Source: Lautropia sp.
GTDB taxonomy: Bacteria; Pseudomonadota; Gammaproteobacteria; Burkholderiales; Burkholderiaceae_E
NCBI GenBank assembly: GCA_050248115.1
Contig: JBFWSZ010000009.1
Span: 142,475 to 206,474, forward strand
DNA: 64,000 nt
Direction: 5' to 3'
Program-made: the position numbers and the translations under genes
Notes under the pieces: generated by a model
Told to the model about the DNA's origin: nothing
What the model saw: the letters and a program-made list of their open reading frames with translations, nothing else
The model's database searches: none
Shown here: piece by piece, positions 35,129 through 44,975 of the stretch
How the letters are laid out: each line of letters opens with the position of its first letter
Position numbering within the stretch: position 1 is the stretch's first letter

Positions 35129-35325
35129 GCCGGGCCCTCGGTCCCCTCCTGTCCTTCCTTTCTCGCATCGGCTGCGCCCGCGGCGACCCCGCGCGCGCTC
35201 GTGCTGTTCCATTGACAGAACATTGGCGATGGCTGCAGACTGCAGCGGCGGAGCGCCGGAACGGGTGTTTCGTGGCGGCGCGTGCCGCTGGCCGAGGTTC
35301 GTGATCTGAAGCAAGGGAGCAGGGC

Positions 35326-36357
35326 ATGTCGGTGAAGCCGAAGGAGAGCGCAGCGCCCGCCGGCAGGGCGGCGCCGGGGGCGGATCGGCCTGCGGTCGTC
35401 GAGCGTGGTGTGCCGGCCGTTCGCGCGACGACGCGGCTGCGTGCGTTGCTCGCGCAGGGGCGCACGCTTTTCGTGCCCGGCTGCTACAACGCGATGAGCG
35501 CGCGCGTGCTCGAGCACGTCGGCTTCCCGGCGGTCTACATGACCGGTTACGGCACGTCGCTGTCGTTGCTCGGCATGCCCGACGCGGGTCTGGCCACGAT
35601 GACCGAGATGCAGCTGAATGCGCGTTACATCGCCAACGCGGTGAGCGTGCCGGTGATCGCCGATTCGGACACGGGCTACGGCAACGCGATCAACGTGATG
35701 CGCTGCGTTCGCGAATACATCCAGACCGGGGTCGCGGCGATCCACCTGGAGGACCAGGTCGCGCCCAAGCGGTGCGGGCACGTCGCGGGACGCGAGGTCG
35801 TCGCGATCGACGAGGCGATCGGCAAGATCCGTGCTGCAGACGCCGCGCGCCGCGAGCTCGACCCGGATTTCGTGCTGATCGCGCGCAGCGACGCGCGTGG
35901 CGCCCACGGCGGATCGCTCGACGACGCGATCCGGCGCGTCAACCTGTACCTGGAGGCCGGCGCCGATCTCGCGTTCGTCGAAGGACCCGTCAGCATCGAA
36001 GAGGTCGAGCGGATCTGTCGCGACGTCCGCGGTCCCGTCTTCTACAACATGACCGGCGTGTCGCCGCGCATGAGCCTCGAGCAGATGCAGGCGCTGGGCA
36101 TCGCCATCACGATCACCGCCGGCACGACGATGCGCGCCACCCTGCAGGCGGTCTACGACGTCGCCGTGAAGCTTCGCGACGAAGGGCCGATGGCCGAGGC
36201 GGCGTTCATCGAAGGATTCCGCTCCCATCCGCTCGGCGACCTCCACACCTTCGCCGGCTTCGACCGGATCCGCGAGTGGGAGGAGGCGTTCCTGCCGGCC
36301 GAGCAGCTCGGCAAGTACGCCGGCGGCATCGGCCACATGCCCGAGAAGAAGCGCTGA
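35326..36357 (+). CDS. Isocitrate lyase / PEP mutase superfamily enzyme (methylisocitrate-lyase / oxaloacetate-decarboxylase-like)
   Basis: 343 aa. FVPGCYNAMSARVLEHVGFPAVYMTGYG...PVIADSDTGYGNAINV...GVAAIHLEDQVAPKRCGH..G are the catalytic motifs. Carries a ~35-aa Ala/Pro-rich N-terminal extension. Confidence 0.85.
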   Translation: MSVKPKESAAPAGRAAPGADRPAVVERGVPAVRATTRLRALLAQGRTLFVPGCYNAMSARVLEHVGFPAVYMTGYGTSLSLLGMPDAGLATMTEMQLNARYIANAVSVPVIADSDTGYGNAINVMRCVREYIQTGVAAIHLEDQVAPKRCGHVAGREVVAIDEAIGKIRAADAARRELDPDFVLIARSDARGAHGGSLDDAIRRVNLYLEAGADLAFVEGPVSIEEVERICRDVRGPVFYNMTGVSPRMSLEQMQALGIAITITAGTTMRATLQAVYDVAVKLRDEGPMAEAAFIEGFRSHPLGDLHTFAGFDRIREWEEAFLPAEQLGKYAGGIGHMPEKKR

Positions 36358-36387
36358 TCGCGCATCCGAGCAGGCCTGATCGTATCG

Positions 36388-37206
36388 ATGCAGCGGCTCG
36401 CGCTAGGCCGATCGGGGGCGCGACGAGGCCGTCCCGGCGACGCATCCGCGCGCGATCCCGACGCGGGGGCGCCGGGGCTCTGGCTGCGCCTGATCCTCCC
36501 GCTGTCCATCCTCGGCGTGTGGTGGCTCGCATCAGGCGCATCCCCGGTGGTCGCGTCGGTCCTGCCGGGCCCGCACCGCGTGCTTGCCGCGCTGATTCGC
36601 GAGGCGCAGAGCGGTGCGCTGGCGGGACACGTGCTGGCGAGCCTCGAGCGCGCGTTCGGCGGTTTCGCGATCGCCGGTGTCGTCGGCGTGGGTCTCGGCC
36701 TCGCGATGTCGCAGTTCGCGCTGTTGCGCAAGGTGCTCGCCGGGCCGGTCGAACTGCTGCGTCCGATCTCGGCGATCGCGTGGATTCCGCTGGCGATCCT
36801 GTGGTTCGGGCTGGGGTACGAGAGCGTGGTGTTCGTGATCGCGATCTCGTGCCTGTTCATCGTGCTGCTCAACACGCTCGCGGCCGCGCAGCGCCTCGAT
36901 CCCGACCTGGTCAAGGCGGCGCAGACGCTGGGCGCGCCGCGCTGGGTGCTGTTTCGCAAGGTGGTGATCCCGAACGCGCTGCCCGGCATCCTGCTCGGGC
37001 TTCGGATCGCGATGCAGGGTGCGTGGGGCGGGGTACTGGTCGCCGAGATGATCGCGACGCGGCAGGGCCTGGGCTACATGATGGCGCGCGCGCAGGCAGC
37101 GTTCGATTCGCCGCTGGTGATCGGCGGCATGGTGATCGTCGGCCTGGTCGGCTACCTGCTCAACGCGCTGTTCGAGGTGGTCCAGCGTCGGGTGGTGCAT
37201 GTCTAG
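36388..37206 (+). CDS. ABC transporter permease (NitT/TauT/SsuC-type)
   Basis: 272 aa, multi-TM. Contains the EAA-like loop DPDLVKAAQTLGAPRWVLFRKVVIPNALPGIL. Confidence 0.85.
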   Translation: MQRLALGRSGARRGRPGDASARDPDAGAPGLWLRLILPLSILGVWWLASGASPVVASVLPGPHRVLAALIREAQSGALAGHVLASLERAFGGFAIAGVVGVGLGLAMSQFALLRKVLAGPVELLRPISAIAWIPLAILWFGLGYESVVFVIAISCLFIVLLNTLAAAQRLDPDLVKAAQTLGAPRWVLFRKVVIPNALPGILLGLRIAMQGAWGGVLVAEMIATRQGLGYMMARAQAAFDSPLVIGGMVIVGLVGYLLNALFEVVQRRVVHV

Positions 37207-37981
37207 CACCGGCGCGTCGGCCGCGGTGTCCGGCGTGCGCCGCGACTGGCAGGCGTTCCTGCTCGCGCTGGCGGGCATCCTGCTCGTGATCGTGCTGCCG
37301 TGGGCCGTCGCGGTCGGCGCGGGCGTGCGCTCGGTGATCCTCCCCTCGTTCTCCCAGATGTTCGACGCGTTCGCCGACCTGATCGCCGACGACACGCTGG
37401 TCCCGGCCACGCTGATCAGCCTGTGGCGGGTCAACGTGGGCTTCGCGCTCGCGGTCGCCAGCGCTGTCCCCCTCGGCATCGTGCTGGGGCGTCATCGCAG
37501 CTGGTTCGTCGCCTTCGAGCCGGTGATCGAGTCGTTCCGCTTCGTCGTCCCCTTCGCCTGGATCCCGCTGGCGGTCCTCTGGTTCGGCACCGGCGAGCCG
37601 GGCAAGCTCTTCATCATCTGGTACGCGGGCTTCTTCGTGATGCTGCTGCCGACCATCTTCGGCGTGCGCGGTGTCGACCCGGACCTGGTGAAGGCGGCCC
37701 GTACGCTCGGCGCCGGCGAGGCGACGATCTTTCGCAAGGTGATCCTGCCGGCGATCCTGCCGAACCTGGTCGTCGCGATGCGGGTGGCGTTCGCGCTGTG
37801 CTGGATCTCGATCCTGGCGGCCGAGCTGGTCGCGTCGCGTGCCGGCCTCGGCTACATGATGGCGGACGCGCGCGAACTGCTGCGCACCGACGTCGTGCTG
37901 GTCGGCATGATCGTGATCGGCATCATCGGCGCGCTCTACAACTGGCTGTTCGGGATGCTCGCCAGGCGCTTGCACCGGTGA
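37199..37981 (+). CDS. ABC transporter permease (NitT/TauT/SsuC-type), second copy
   Basis: 260 aa. 8-nt overlap with the previous permease (ATGTCTAG). Contains DPDLVKAARTLGAGEATIFRKVILPAILPNL. Confidence 0.85.
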   Translation: MSSTGASAAVSGVRRDWQAFLLALAGILLVIVLPWAVAVGAGVRSVILPSFSQMFDAFADLIADDTLVPATLISLWRVNVGFALAVASAVPLGIVLGRHRSWFVAFEPVIESFRFVVPFAWIPLAVLWFGTGEPGKLFIIWYAGFFVMLLPTIFGVRGVDPDLVKAARTLGAGEATIFRKVILPAILPNLVVAMRVAFALCWISILAAELVASRAGLGYMMADARELLRTDVVLVGMIVIGIIGALYNWLFGMLARRLHR

Positions 37982-38820
37982 GCGGATTGGCATCCGGCGA
38001 GGGAGGCTGGCAAGGGGTGGCAACGACGGCGAAGATTCAGGCTCGCGGGCTCGGCAAGCGGTACGTCGCCGAGCGGTCCGGGCGCACGGTGCAGGCGCTC
38101 GACGCGGTCGACCTCGACATCGAGGCCGGGGAGTTTCTCTGCATCGTCGGCCCGAGCGGGTGCGGCAAGAGCACCTTCCTGCAGATGGTCGCCGGGCTCG
38201 AAGCGGCGAGCGAAGGCGAGTTGCTGCTCGACGGACGCCCGGTCGACGGCCCGGGCGCCGACCGCGGGGTCGTGTTCCAGAGCTACGCGCTGTTTCCCTG
38301 GCGCACGGTGATCGGCAACATCGCGTTCGGCCTCGAGGTGAAGGGGCTTGCCGCCGCCGATCGCCGGGCAATCGCATTGCGCTGCGCCCACATGGTGGGG
38401 CTCAAGGGGTTCGAGGACGCGTACCCCAGCGAGCTCTCCGGCGGCATGAAGCAGCGCGTCGGCATCGCCCGTGCGCTCGCGAACGATCCGCAGGTGCTGC
38501 TCATGGACGAACCCTTCGCCGCGCTCGATGCGCAGACCCGCGAGATGCTGCAGGCCGAAGTGCTGTCGATCTGGCGCGAGTCGGCCCGCACGGTGCTGTT
38601 CGTCACCCACTCGGTGCAGGAGGCGGTCTACCTGGGCAGCCGGATCGCGGTGATGAGTGCGCGCCCGGGGCGGATCAAGACGATCATCGACGTCGCGCTG
38701 CCGTATCCGCGCGACGTCACCTCGGCCGAGTTCGGCGCGCTGATGCGGCCGGTCTATGCGGTGCTCAGGGACGAGGTGCTGAAGGCTGCGCGCGATGCGG
38801 CCGAGGGAGGCGATCGGTGA
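37978..38820 (+). CDS. ABC transporter ATP-binding protein (NitT/TauT-type)
   Basis: GTG at 37978 (GTGA overlap) in ORF 37300-38820; a later in-frame GTG just upstream of the [10 protein letters not shown] segment is an alternative start. Walker [10 protein letters not shown], signature LSGGMKQRV, Walker B LLMDEP. Confidence 0.85.
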   Translation: MSGLASGEGGWQGVATTAKIQARGLGKRYVAERSGRTVQALDAVDLDIEAGEFLCIVGPSGCGKSTFLQMVAGLEAASEGELLLDGRPVDGPGADRGVVFQSYALFPWRTVIGNIAFGLEVKGLAAADRRAIALRCAHMVGLKGFEDAYPSELSGGMKQRVGIARALANDPQVLLMDEPFAALDAQTREMLQAEVLSIWRESARTVLFVTHSVQEAVYLGSRIAVMSARPGRIKTIIDVALPYPRDVTSAEFGALMRPVYAVLRDEVLKAARDAAEGGDR

Positions 38821-39845
38821 GGGCGACGGTGATCGATGCGTACGGGCCGGCCGAGGTCCTGCGCGTGCGGGAGGTGCCGACGCCGGAACCCGGCGCCGAC
38901 GAAGTGCTGGTGCGGCTGCGGTGGGCCGGCGTCAACCACCTCGAGATCGACGTGCGCAACGGCGTGGCCGGCATGCCGGTGACGCTGCCGCACATTCCCG
39001 GCACCGAAGGCGTGGGCGAGATCGCCGCCGTCGGCACCGACGTGCGTCGCTGGACGCCGGGCCAGCGCGTCGGCACCTGCGCGTTCAGGACCTGCGGACG
39101 CTGTCGCAGCTGCCGGCTCGGTCACGCGAACCTGTGCGCGGACATCCGCACGCTCGGCGTGCAGCTGCCGGGTTCGTACGCGCAGTACGTCGTCGTGCGC
39201 GAGGACCAGCTGGTCGCCATCCCGGACGGCCTCTGCTCGCGGGCCGCGATCGCGTCCTACAAGCTCGCGACCGCGTGGGAGGCCCTGGTGGAGACCCTGG
39301 CGTTGCAGGCGGGCGAGACGCTGCTCGTGACCGGCGCGGGCGGCGGCGTCGGCGTGTCCGCGGTCCTGCTCGCGCGTGAACTCGGTGCAACGGTCATCGC
39401 GGCCAGCGGTTCCCGCGACAAGCACGCGCGACTGCTGGCACTCGGCGCGACCCATGTCGTCGACTATCGCGGCGAGGACCTGAGGGCGCGGATCCGTGCG
39501 CTGACCGATGGCGTCGGGGTCGACGCCGTGCTCGACGTCGCCGCGGGACCGGTGCTGCGGGACGCGATCGCGGGGTGCCGGCCGGGCGGCCGGGTCGCCG
39601 TCGTCGGCGCCCATGCGGGCGAGGAGACGCCGATCGACATGCTCGACCTGTTCCGCCGCCACATCGCGATCCACGGCTGCGGGCGGTACACCGCGAGAAT
39701 CCTCGAGGCGGTGTTCGCGCGGCTTGCCGGCGGCATGTCGCCCGTGCCGGTTCAACAGGTCTTCGATCTGGCCGACGCCGCCTCGGCGCACCGCCTGATC
39801 GAGAGCCGGAACTTCGTCGGGCGGCTGTTGCTCGATTGTGCTTGA
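38817..39845 (+). CDS. Zn-dependent alcohol dehydrogenase / quinone-oxidoreductase family (MDR) protein
   Basis: GTG at 38817 (GTGA overlap) in ORF 38160-39845. Contains VLVRLRWAGVNHLEIDVRNG...PGTEGVGEIAAVG...CGRCRSCRLGHANLC...VTGAGGGVG. Confidence 0.82.
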   Translation: MRATVIDAYGPAEVLRVREVPTPEPGADEVLVRLRWAGVNHLEIDVRNGVAGMPVTLPHIPGTEGVGEIAAVGTDVRRWTPGQRVGTCAFRTCGRCRSCRLGHANLCADIRTLGVQLPGSYAQYVVVREDQLVAIPDGLCSRAAIASYKLATAWEALVETLALQAGETLLVTGAGGGVGVSAVLLARELGATVIAASGSRDKHARLLALGATHVVDYRGEDLRARIRALTDGVGVDAVLDVAAGPVLRDAIAGCRPGGRVAVVGAHAGEETPIDMLDLFRRHIAIHGCGRYTARILEAVFARLAGGMSPVPVQQVFDLADAASAHRLIESRNFVGRLLLDCA

Positions 39846-39869
39846 ACCCAACCTTGAAGGAGACGAACG

Positions 39870-40880
39870 ATGCGTGACACGAACACGGGGCGACGGGCGG
39901 CGTTGATGGGCGCGGGCGCCACGGCGCTGGCGGGCGTGGCCGGATTTCCGGCGGCGGTGCGGGCGGCAGACAAGACGGTCCGGATCGGCTTGCAGCCGGC
40001 GCCGCTGCTCGGCTACTACGTCCGCGACAGGCAACTGCTGGAGAAGCGGGGCATCAAGACCGAATGGACCGTCTTCCCGTTCTCGCCGCCGATCCTCGAG
40101 GCGATGGTGGGTGGCTCGATCGACGTGGCGCTGCTCGGCATCGGACCGGTCCTGAGCACCGTGCAGCGCAATCCGGGGATCTGGTACATCTACGACGAGT
40201 TGGCGAATGCCGCCGGTCTCGTCGTCAGGACGGACAGCAGCATCCGCACGGCGAAGGACCTGAAGGGAAGGAAGCTTGCGTTCCCGGGCAAGGCCTCGCA
40301 GCTGTACGCGCAGCTGGCGATCTTCCTGAAGGGCTCGGGTGTCAGGCCGAACGACGTCGATCTCGTGCGGGCCAATGCGACCGACATGACGACGCTGTTC
40401 AAGCGTGGCGAGGTCGAAGGGATGCTGTGCTGGCCGCCGTTCACCTCCGAGCTCGTGCGCACCGGCGAGGCGCGCGTGGTCTTCAACGCCGACGACCTGC
40501 TGAAGGCGAAGGCCGGCCATTGGGCGAACTCCGGATGGGGCGTGCGCGCCGATTACGCGAAGGCGAACGAGGACGTGGTGACGGCCGTCGTCGAGTCGCT
40601 GCACGAGGCGACCCGTGCGTTGCGCGAGAAGCCGGACGAGGTCCATGCGGTCTTCGCGGCGGCGACCAAGTACAAGCCGGAGGCGGTGAAGTTCATCATC
40701 GAGAAGGGCTTCAACGCGTACTTCGATCCGAAGGACACCGCGCCGAGCGTCAAGGCGATGCACGAGATCTTCACCGTCCTCGAGGAGCACCGGATCGTCA
40801 AGGCCGATGGCGACATCAGGCCGGCGCTCGAGGCGCTCGTGCACCCGGAGTACGTCGAGAAGGTCCTCGCCAAGGGGTGA
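39870..40880 (+). CDS. ABC transporter periplasmic substrate-binding protein (NMT1/SsuA-like) with Tat-type signal
   Basis: 336 aa. N-terminus MRDTNTGRRAALMGAGATALAGVAGFPAAVRA, then KTVRIGLQPAPLLGYY..., typical of NitT/TauT binding proteins. Confidence 0.8.
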   Translation: MRDTNTGRRAALMGAGATALAGVAGFPAAVRAADKTVRIGLQPAPLLGYYVRDRQLLEKRGIKTEWTVFPFSPPILEAMVGGSIDVALLGIGPVLSTVQRNPGIWYIYDELANAAGLVVRTDSSIRTAKDLKGRKLAFPGKASQLYAQLAIFLKGSGVRPNDVDLVRANATDMTTLFKRGEVEGMLCWPPFTSELVRTGEARVVFNADDLLKAKAGHWANSGWGVRADYAKANEDVVTAVVESLHEATRALREKPDEVHAVFAAATKYKPEAVKFIIEKGFNAYFDPKDTAPSVKAMHEIFTVLEEHRIVKADGDIRPALEALVHPEYVEKVLAKG

Positions 40881-40885
40881 GCGGC

Positions 40886-42271
40886 ATGACGCACGGCGTG
40901 ACCCGCGAACTCGCGCGCTTCGTCGCCCGCGCGAGATGGGAGGACCTCTCGGTCGAGGCGATCGATGCGACGAAGCGCGCGCTGCTGAACATCCTCGGGT
41001 GCTGCGTTGCCGGCGTCGATACCCGGATCGGCAGGCTCCACGTCGGGCTCGCGAAGGAGATGGGCGCATCGCCGGCGCAGGCGACGATCCTCGGCGACGG
41101 TGCGAAGGTCTCGATGCCGGCCGCGGCCTATGCCAACGGCAACCTCGCGTTCGCGCTCGACTTCGAGGATACGGTCGAGTACGTCACCCACCCGGGCTTC
41201 GTCACCTGCGCCTCGGGCCTGGCGATCGCGGAGCCCATGCGCGCGAGCGGTCGCGACCTGATTCTCGCGATCGCACTGGGCTACGAGGTCATCGCGCGCG
41301 TCGGCCTGTCGATGCAGCCCACGCCGGAGCGTGGCAAGCTCGTGTTCGGCGAACAGTACCACCCGTTCGGCGGCATGGTCGCCGCCGGCAAGCTGCTCGG
41401 GCTCGACGAGGCGCAGTTCGATGCGGCCTTCGGCATCGCCGGCACCTATGCGCCCGTGCCGTCGGCATACAAGTACTTCGGCGTCGTCGCCGAGACCCGC
41501 CCGATGCGAGAGGTCAAGCTCGGCTGGGGCTGGATGTGCATGGGCGCCACGCTGGCGGCGCTGTCCGCGAAGCGCGGCTTCGGCGGCGGACACGGCATTC
41601 TCGACGGCGAGCGCGGCTTCTACGTGATGGCGGGCTCGGATCGATGCGACTTCGAGCGAATCACCCGCGGACTCGGCGAGGGCTGGCGCATCGTCGACGC
41701 CGATCCCAAGATCTTTCCGGCCATCGCGCGGCACGCGGCGCCCTATACGGCGACGCGCGAACTCGTGGCGCAGCACGGGATCGCCGCGAACGATGTCGCG
41801 CGGGTGGTCGTGCGCGGATTGCAGACGAGACTGGTCGACGACGCCGATCCGCGCAGCGCGGTCGACGCGCAGTTCTCCTTGCCGTTCGCGGTCGTCATGG
41901 CGCTCGTCGACGCGCCGCTCGGCCCGGAGATGTTCGCCGACGCGACGCTCTTCGATCCGACCGTCCGCGCGTTGCTCGGACGCGTCGTGGTCGAGCACGA
42001 TGCCGACGCGGACGTGCTCTATTTCGAGGCGCAGCGCCTGCGCTATTCGGTGCGCATCGAATCGAAGTCCGGGGCGATCTTCACGCGCGACGTCGAGTTT
42101 CCGAGAGACCAGCCGCACCTGTCGCAGCGCGGACTCGAGGAGAAGTTCCGTACGCTCGGCGGCGGCCGGCTGTCGCAGGCGCAACTGTCCAGCGCGATCG
42201 CGCTCGTCGCGAGGCTCGACGAACTCGACGACCTCGGGCCGCTCGTCGACACGCTGTGCCCCACCGGCTGA
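40886..42271 (+). CDS. MmgE/PrpD-family protein, second copy
   Basis: ATG at 40886 in ORF 40064-42271. Contains TRELARFVARARWEDLSVEAIDATKRALLNILGCCVAG...NGNLAFALDFEDT...HPG. Confidence 0.85.
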   Translation: MTHGVTRELARFVARARWEDLSVEAIDATKRALLNILGCCVAGVDTRIGRLHVGLAKEMGASPAQATILGDGAKVSMPAAAYANGNLAFALDFEDTVEYVTHPGFVTCASGLAIAEPMRASGRDLILAIALGYEVIARVGLSMQPTPERGKLVFGEQYHPFGGMVAAGKLLGLDEAQFDAAFGIAGTYAPVPSAYKYFGVVAETRPMREVKLGWGWMCMGATLAALSAKRGFGGGHGILDGERGFYVMAGSDRCDFERITRGLGEGWRIVDADPKIFPAIARHAAPYTATRELVAQHGIAANDVARVVVRGLQTRLVDDADPRSAVDAQFSLPFAVVMALVDAPLGPEMFADATLFDPTVRALLGRVVVEHDADADVLYFEAQRLRYSVRIESKSGAIFTRDVEFPRDQPHLSQRGLEEKFRTLGGGRLSQAQLSSAIALVARLDELDDLGPLVDTLCPTG

Positions 42272-42356
42272 GCGCGCCGCGGCGTCGGGACCGGTGCCCG
42301 CGTCGCTGCGCCTGCCCTGCTTTCCCACGATTGCATCAACCTCGAAGGAGTTCACC

Positions 42357-42689
42357 TTGGTCATCGACTACCGCGCCTATACCCTGCATCCGGGCACCGT
42401 CCACGCCTTCATCGAGCTTTTCGAGACCGAGGGACTCGAGCCGCAGCTGCGGATCCTCGGGAACTTCATCGGGCTCTATCGCACCGAGATCGGCAACGTC
42501 AACCAGATCATCATGATGTTCGGCTACGAGAACGCCGGCGAGCGCGAGCGGCGCCGCGCGCTGCTCTACAAGGATCCGGCCTTCGATGCGTACCTCAAGA
42601 AGGTTCGGCCGATGCTGCGCGACCAGGAGGTCCGGCTGCTCGTACCGTCGCGCTGCAATCCGCCGGTCGGGGCGCCGGTGCCGGTGTGA
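42357..42689 (+). CDS. NIPSNAP-family small protein
   Basis: TTG at 42357, 6 nt after GAAGGAG, in ORF 41793-42689. (M)VIDYRAYTLHPGTVHAFIELFETEGLEPQLRILGNFIGLYRTEIGNVNQIIMMFGYENAGERERRRALLYKDPAFDAYLKKVRPML is a typical NIPSNAP dimeric alpha-beta barrel. Confidence 0.7.
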   Translation: MVIDYRAYTLHPGTVHAFIELFETEGLEPQLRILGNFIGLYRTEIGNVNQIIMMFGYENAGERERRRALLYKDPAFDAYLKKVRPMLRDQEVRLLVPSRCNPPVGAPVPV

Positions 42690-42698
42690 TCGCCGTCA

Positions 42699-42715
42699 TC
42701 GGCATCGGATGCCGA
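42699..42715. repeat. Perfect 8+1+8 palindrome between convergent operons (possible bidirectional terminator hairpin or protein site)
   Basis: TCGGCATC-g-GATGCCGA at 42699-42715, in the 54-nt gap between the NIPSNAP stop (42689) and the DMFase-like large-subunit stop (42744). No U-tract. Confidence 0.3.
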
Positions 42716-42743
42716 CGTCGACCCGATCGCGGTCATCGTCGGC

Positions 42744-44975
42744 TCATCGGTCCCAATCGAAGGGCGCAGGATCCCGAAAGCGGTTCAGCACGTTGCGCGT
42801 GATGCGTCGGACGGCCGCGTCTCCGCCTTCGTGCGCGAGGCCGCCGATCCAGGCGATCGAACCGGTCGCGAACACCGCACCGCCTCGCGGCGCCGGGTGG
42901 AGCACGACGTCGGCGCGCAGCGCCGGTGCATACGGCGCGCTGATCGTCGGGCGCGAGACGAGGAGTTCCTCGTTGGCGATCAGGTAGGTGTCGTCGAAGG
43001 GCAGCGAGCGTGCGAGTCGCAAGGCCGAAGGGTCGGAGCCGAGCGCTTCGTCGAAGCGGTCGACCTCGACGCCCGCACAGCCGCCGCCGATCACGCCGTC
43101 CAGGCCGAAGGTGCGCTGGGCGACGCCGTCGAACACGAACGCCGCCCTGGGATCGTCGGCCTCGTCGCAGCGCAGATAACCGACGCTTCGACGAAAGCCC
43201 TGTCCCGCGTAGCCGACGCCCAGCCACGATTGCGGCGATCGCCCATTGCGACGCCAGAGCCCCCCGTATTCGCCGTCGAACGCGTGGTAGTACTCGGCGG
43301 GTTCCTCCGCCCAGCTGCGATTGCCGTCTTCGGCGCGTCGCAGTTCGACGATGCCCGGACGGCGGGGGTCGCAGGCGATCTTCCAGTAGAAGCCGTTGCC
43401 GCCGAGGTACATCATCCGCCCGCCCCGGTCGAGGAAGCCGCGATACGCCGCGACCAGTTGCGGCGTCGCGTATTCCGGGTGGTTGCCGGTCAGCACGACA
43501 CGGTACGACGAGAGCACGTCGGCACCGCCCGCGTGCAGGTCCTCGTCGGTGAACGCATGCCAGGCGATGCGCTCGCGTTCGAGCCATTCGACGAGCAGCA
43601 GGTCGCCCGGATAGTTCCAGCGTCCCGAGCCTTCACCCGCCTGCCACGCACGCTGATCGGGGTGGAAGGTCGGGATCGGCCGCGCGCGCGAACTCAGGCT
43701 GACACCGGAGCCGTCGTGGTGGGTATCGTAGAGCGACAGCCCCCACTCGGGATGACGCGACAGCAGGACCTCGGTCGGCTCGAGCGCGATCGCGCGAGCG
43801 GCGAGCACCTCGGGGTTGTTCCCCATCAGCGCGCAGCGGTCGTTGCCGTAGGCGAGATAGGTGAAGGTCGGGAAGACGACCGCGACGGCGTCGACGGGTG
43901 CTTCGACGGGGGCGTTGGCCGGCGCCTGCGGCGGGCGCACGAACAGCGGCAGGCGGCACTGCGTGTCGAGCGCCTCGGCGTCGGCATCGTCGCAGCGGAC
44001 GCGCACGGCGTATGCGCCCGATCGCAAGGTCGCCGGCAGCGTCACGGTCGCGGTGAGCGCCCAGCCGGCGTCGGCCAGGTCGTCGCGATGGAAGTGGACC
44101 GCCTCGTACTGTTCGGGCGCACGCCGCCAGTCGAATTGCGTGCCGTCCCAGTGCGCGCCCCGCACCGCGCGCTTGGGGCCCTGCACCAGCCGCCCGTGCA
44201 GGCCATGCGGACCCAGGTCGGCGACGACAGCATCGTCGGCGCCCGGCACGAAGTCCCAGCCGGCGACCGCATCCACCGGCAGGCCCGCGCCGTTCAGCAG
44301 CGCCGCGCGCGCCGTGTCGATCTCGACGGGCCACGGCCAGAGTCGGGGCCGCTCGAGGCGACCATCGAAGTGCTCGCCCACCGATCCGTCCGGCAGCGGC
44401 GCACCGGCGAGCGTCATCGTGTCGATCCGCATCTCGGCATCGAGCGTCATCTGCGCCGAGACGACGCGACCGCCGGCGGTCTCGACGATGCGCAGCATCG
44501 CTTGCGTCTCGTCCCAGCTCAGCAGCACGGCCACCCACCCCTTCAGCCGGGCCGGCCGCGCAGTCGTGACGCGCCGCGACCCGGACCGCAGCACGAAGCC
44601 CGCCTGCTGCTCGACGGTCAAGCGCAGCGAGGTCTGCGGCCCGTCCAGTGCCACGACGGTCTGCGCCGCGCCGGCCGTGGTCCAGGGCTGGACGAGCATC
44701 GCGAGGCTGCCGCGCGCCGTCGCGAGCGCCGAAAGGCCCGTGAATTCGGCGTAGGAACCGGCATCGACCGGCTGCGGTACCAGGTCGACCCGGTGGGCCG
44801 GAACGTCGGCGACCGCTTCGAATGCGATGCCGTCGGGCTCGGCGTGCTGGCCACCGACCCCCAGGCGCACCAGATCGAGCGTGGCCCGGCACGGACGAGC
44901 CGCGGAGAGACGGACCTCGACGCATTCTCCGGGGCCGGCCGACCAGCGATCGAGGTAGCCGACCGGTTCAGACAT
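42744..44975 (-). CDS. N,N-dimethylformamidase large (beta) subunit-like amidohydrolase
   Basis: ATG at 44975 (MSEPVGYLDRWSA...) in ORF 42744-44999, ~743 aa. Size, N-terminal beta-rich region and motifs (...FPTFTYLAYGN..., ...LTGNHPEYATPQLVAAYRGFLDRGGRMMYLGGNGFYWKI...) match my recollection of the DMFase large-subunit family. The start overlaps the upstream small ORF by 8 nt. Confidence 0.7.
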   Translation of the reverse strand: MSEPVGYLDRWSAGPGECVEVRLSAARPCRATLDLVRLGVGGQHAEPDGIAFEAVADVPAHRVDLVPQPVDAGSYAEFTGLSALATARGSLAMLVQPWTTAGAAQTVVALDGPQTSLRLTVEQQAGFVLRSGSRRVTTARPARLKGWVAVLLSWDETQAMLRIVETAGGRVVSAQMTLDAEMRIDTMTLAGAPLPDGSVGEHFDGRLERPRLWPWPVEIDTARAALLNGAGLPVDAVAGWDFVPGADDAVVADLGPHGLHGRLVQGPKRAVRGAHWDGTQFDWRRAPEQYEAVHFHRDDLADAGWALTATVTLPATLRSGAYAVRVRCDDADAEALDTQCRLPLFVRPPQAPANAPVEAPVDAVAVVFPTFTYLAYGNDRCALMGNNPEVLAARAIALEPTEVLLSRHPEWGLSLYDTHHDGSGVSLSSRARPIPTFHPDQRAWQAGEGSGRWNYPGDLLLVEWLERERIAWHAFTDEDLHAGGADVLSSYRVVLTGNHPEYATPQLVAAYRGFLDRGGRMMYLGGNGFYWKIACDPRRPGIVELRRAEDGNRSWAEEPAEYYHAFDGEYGGLWRRNGRSPQSWLGVGYAGQGFRRSVGYLRCDEADDPRAAFVFDGVAQRTFGLDGVIGGGCAGVEVDRFDEALGSDPSALRLARSLPFDDTYLIANEELLVSRPTISAPYAPALRADVVLHPAPRGGAVFATGSIAWIGGLAHEGGDAAVRRITRNVLNRFRDPAPFDWDR

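Noticed and set aside
35205-35222. TGTTC-cattgaca-GAACA dyad containing a TTGACA -35-like hexamer, plus CTGCAGaCTGCAG just downstream, upstream of the ICL-family gene
   Set aside because: The arms are 5 bp and there is no acceptable -10 hexamer at 16-18 nt spacing (gcagac / tgcaga). It is noted inside a finding but not called as a feature.
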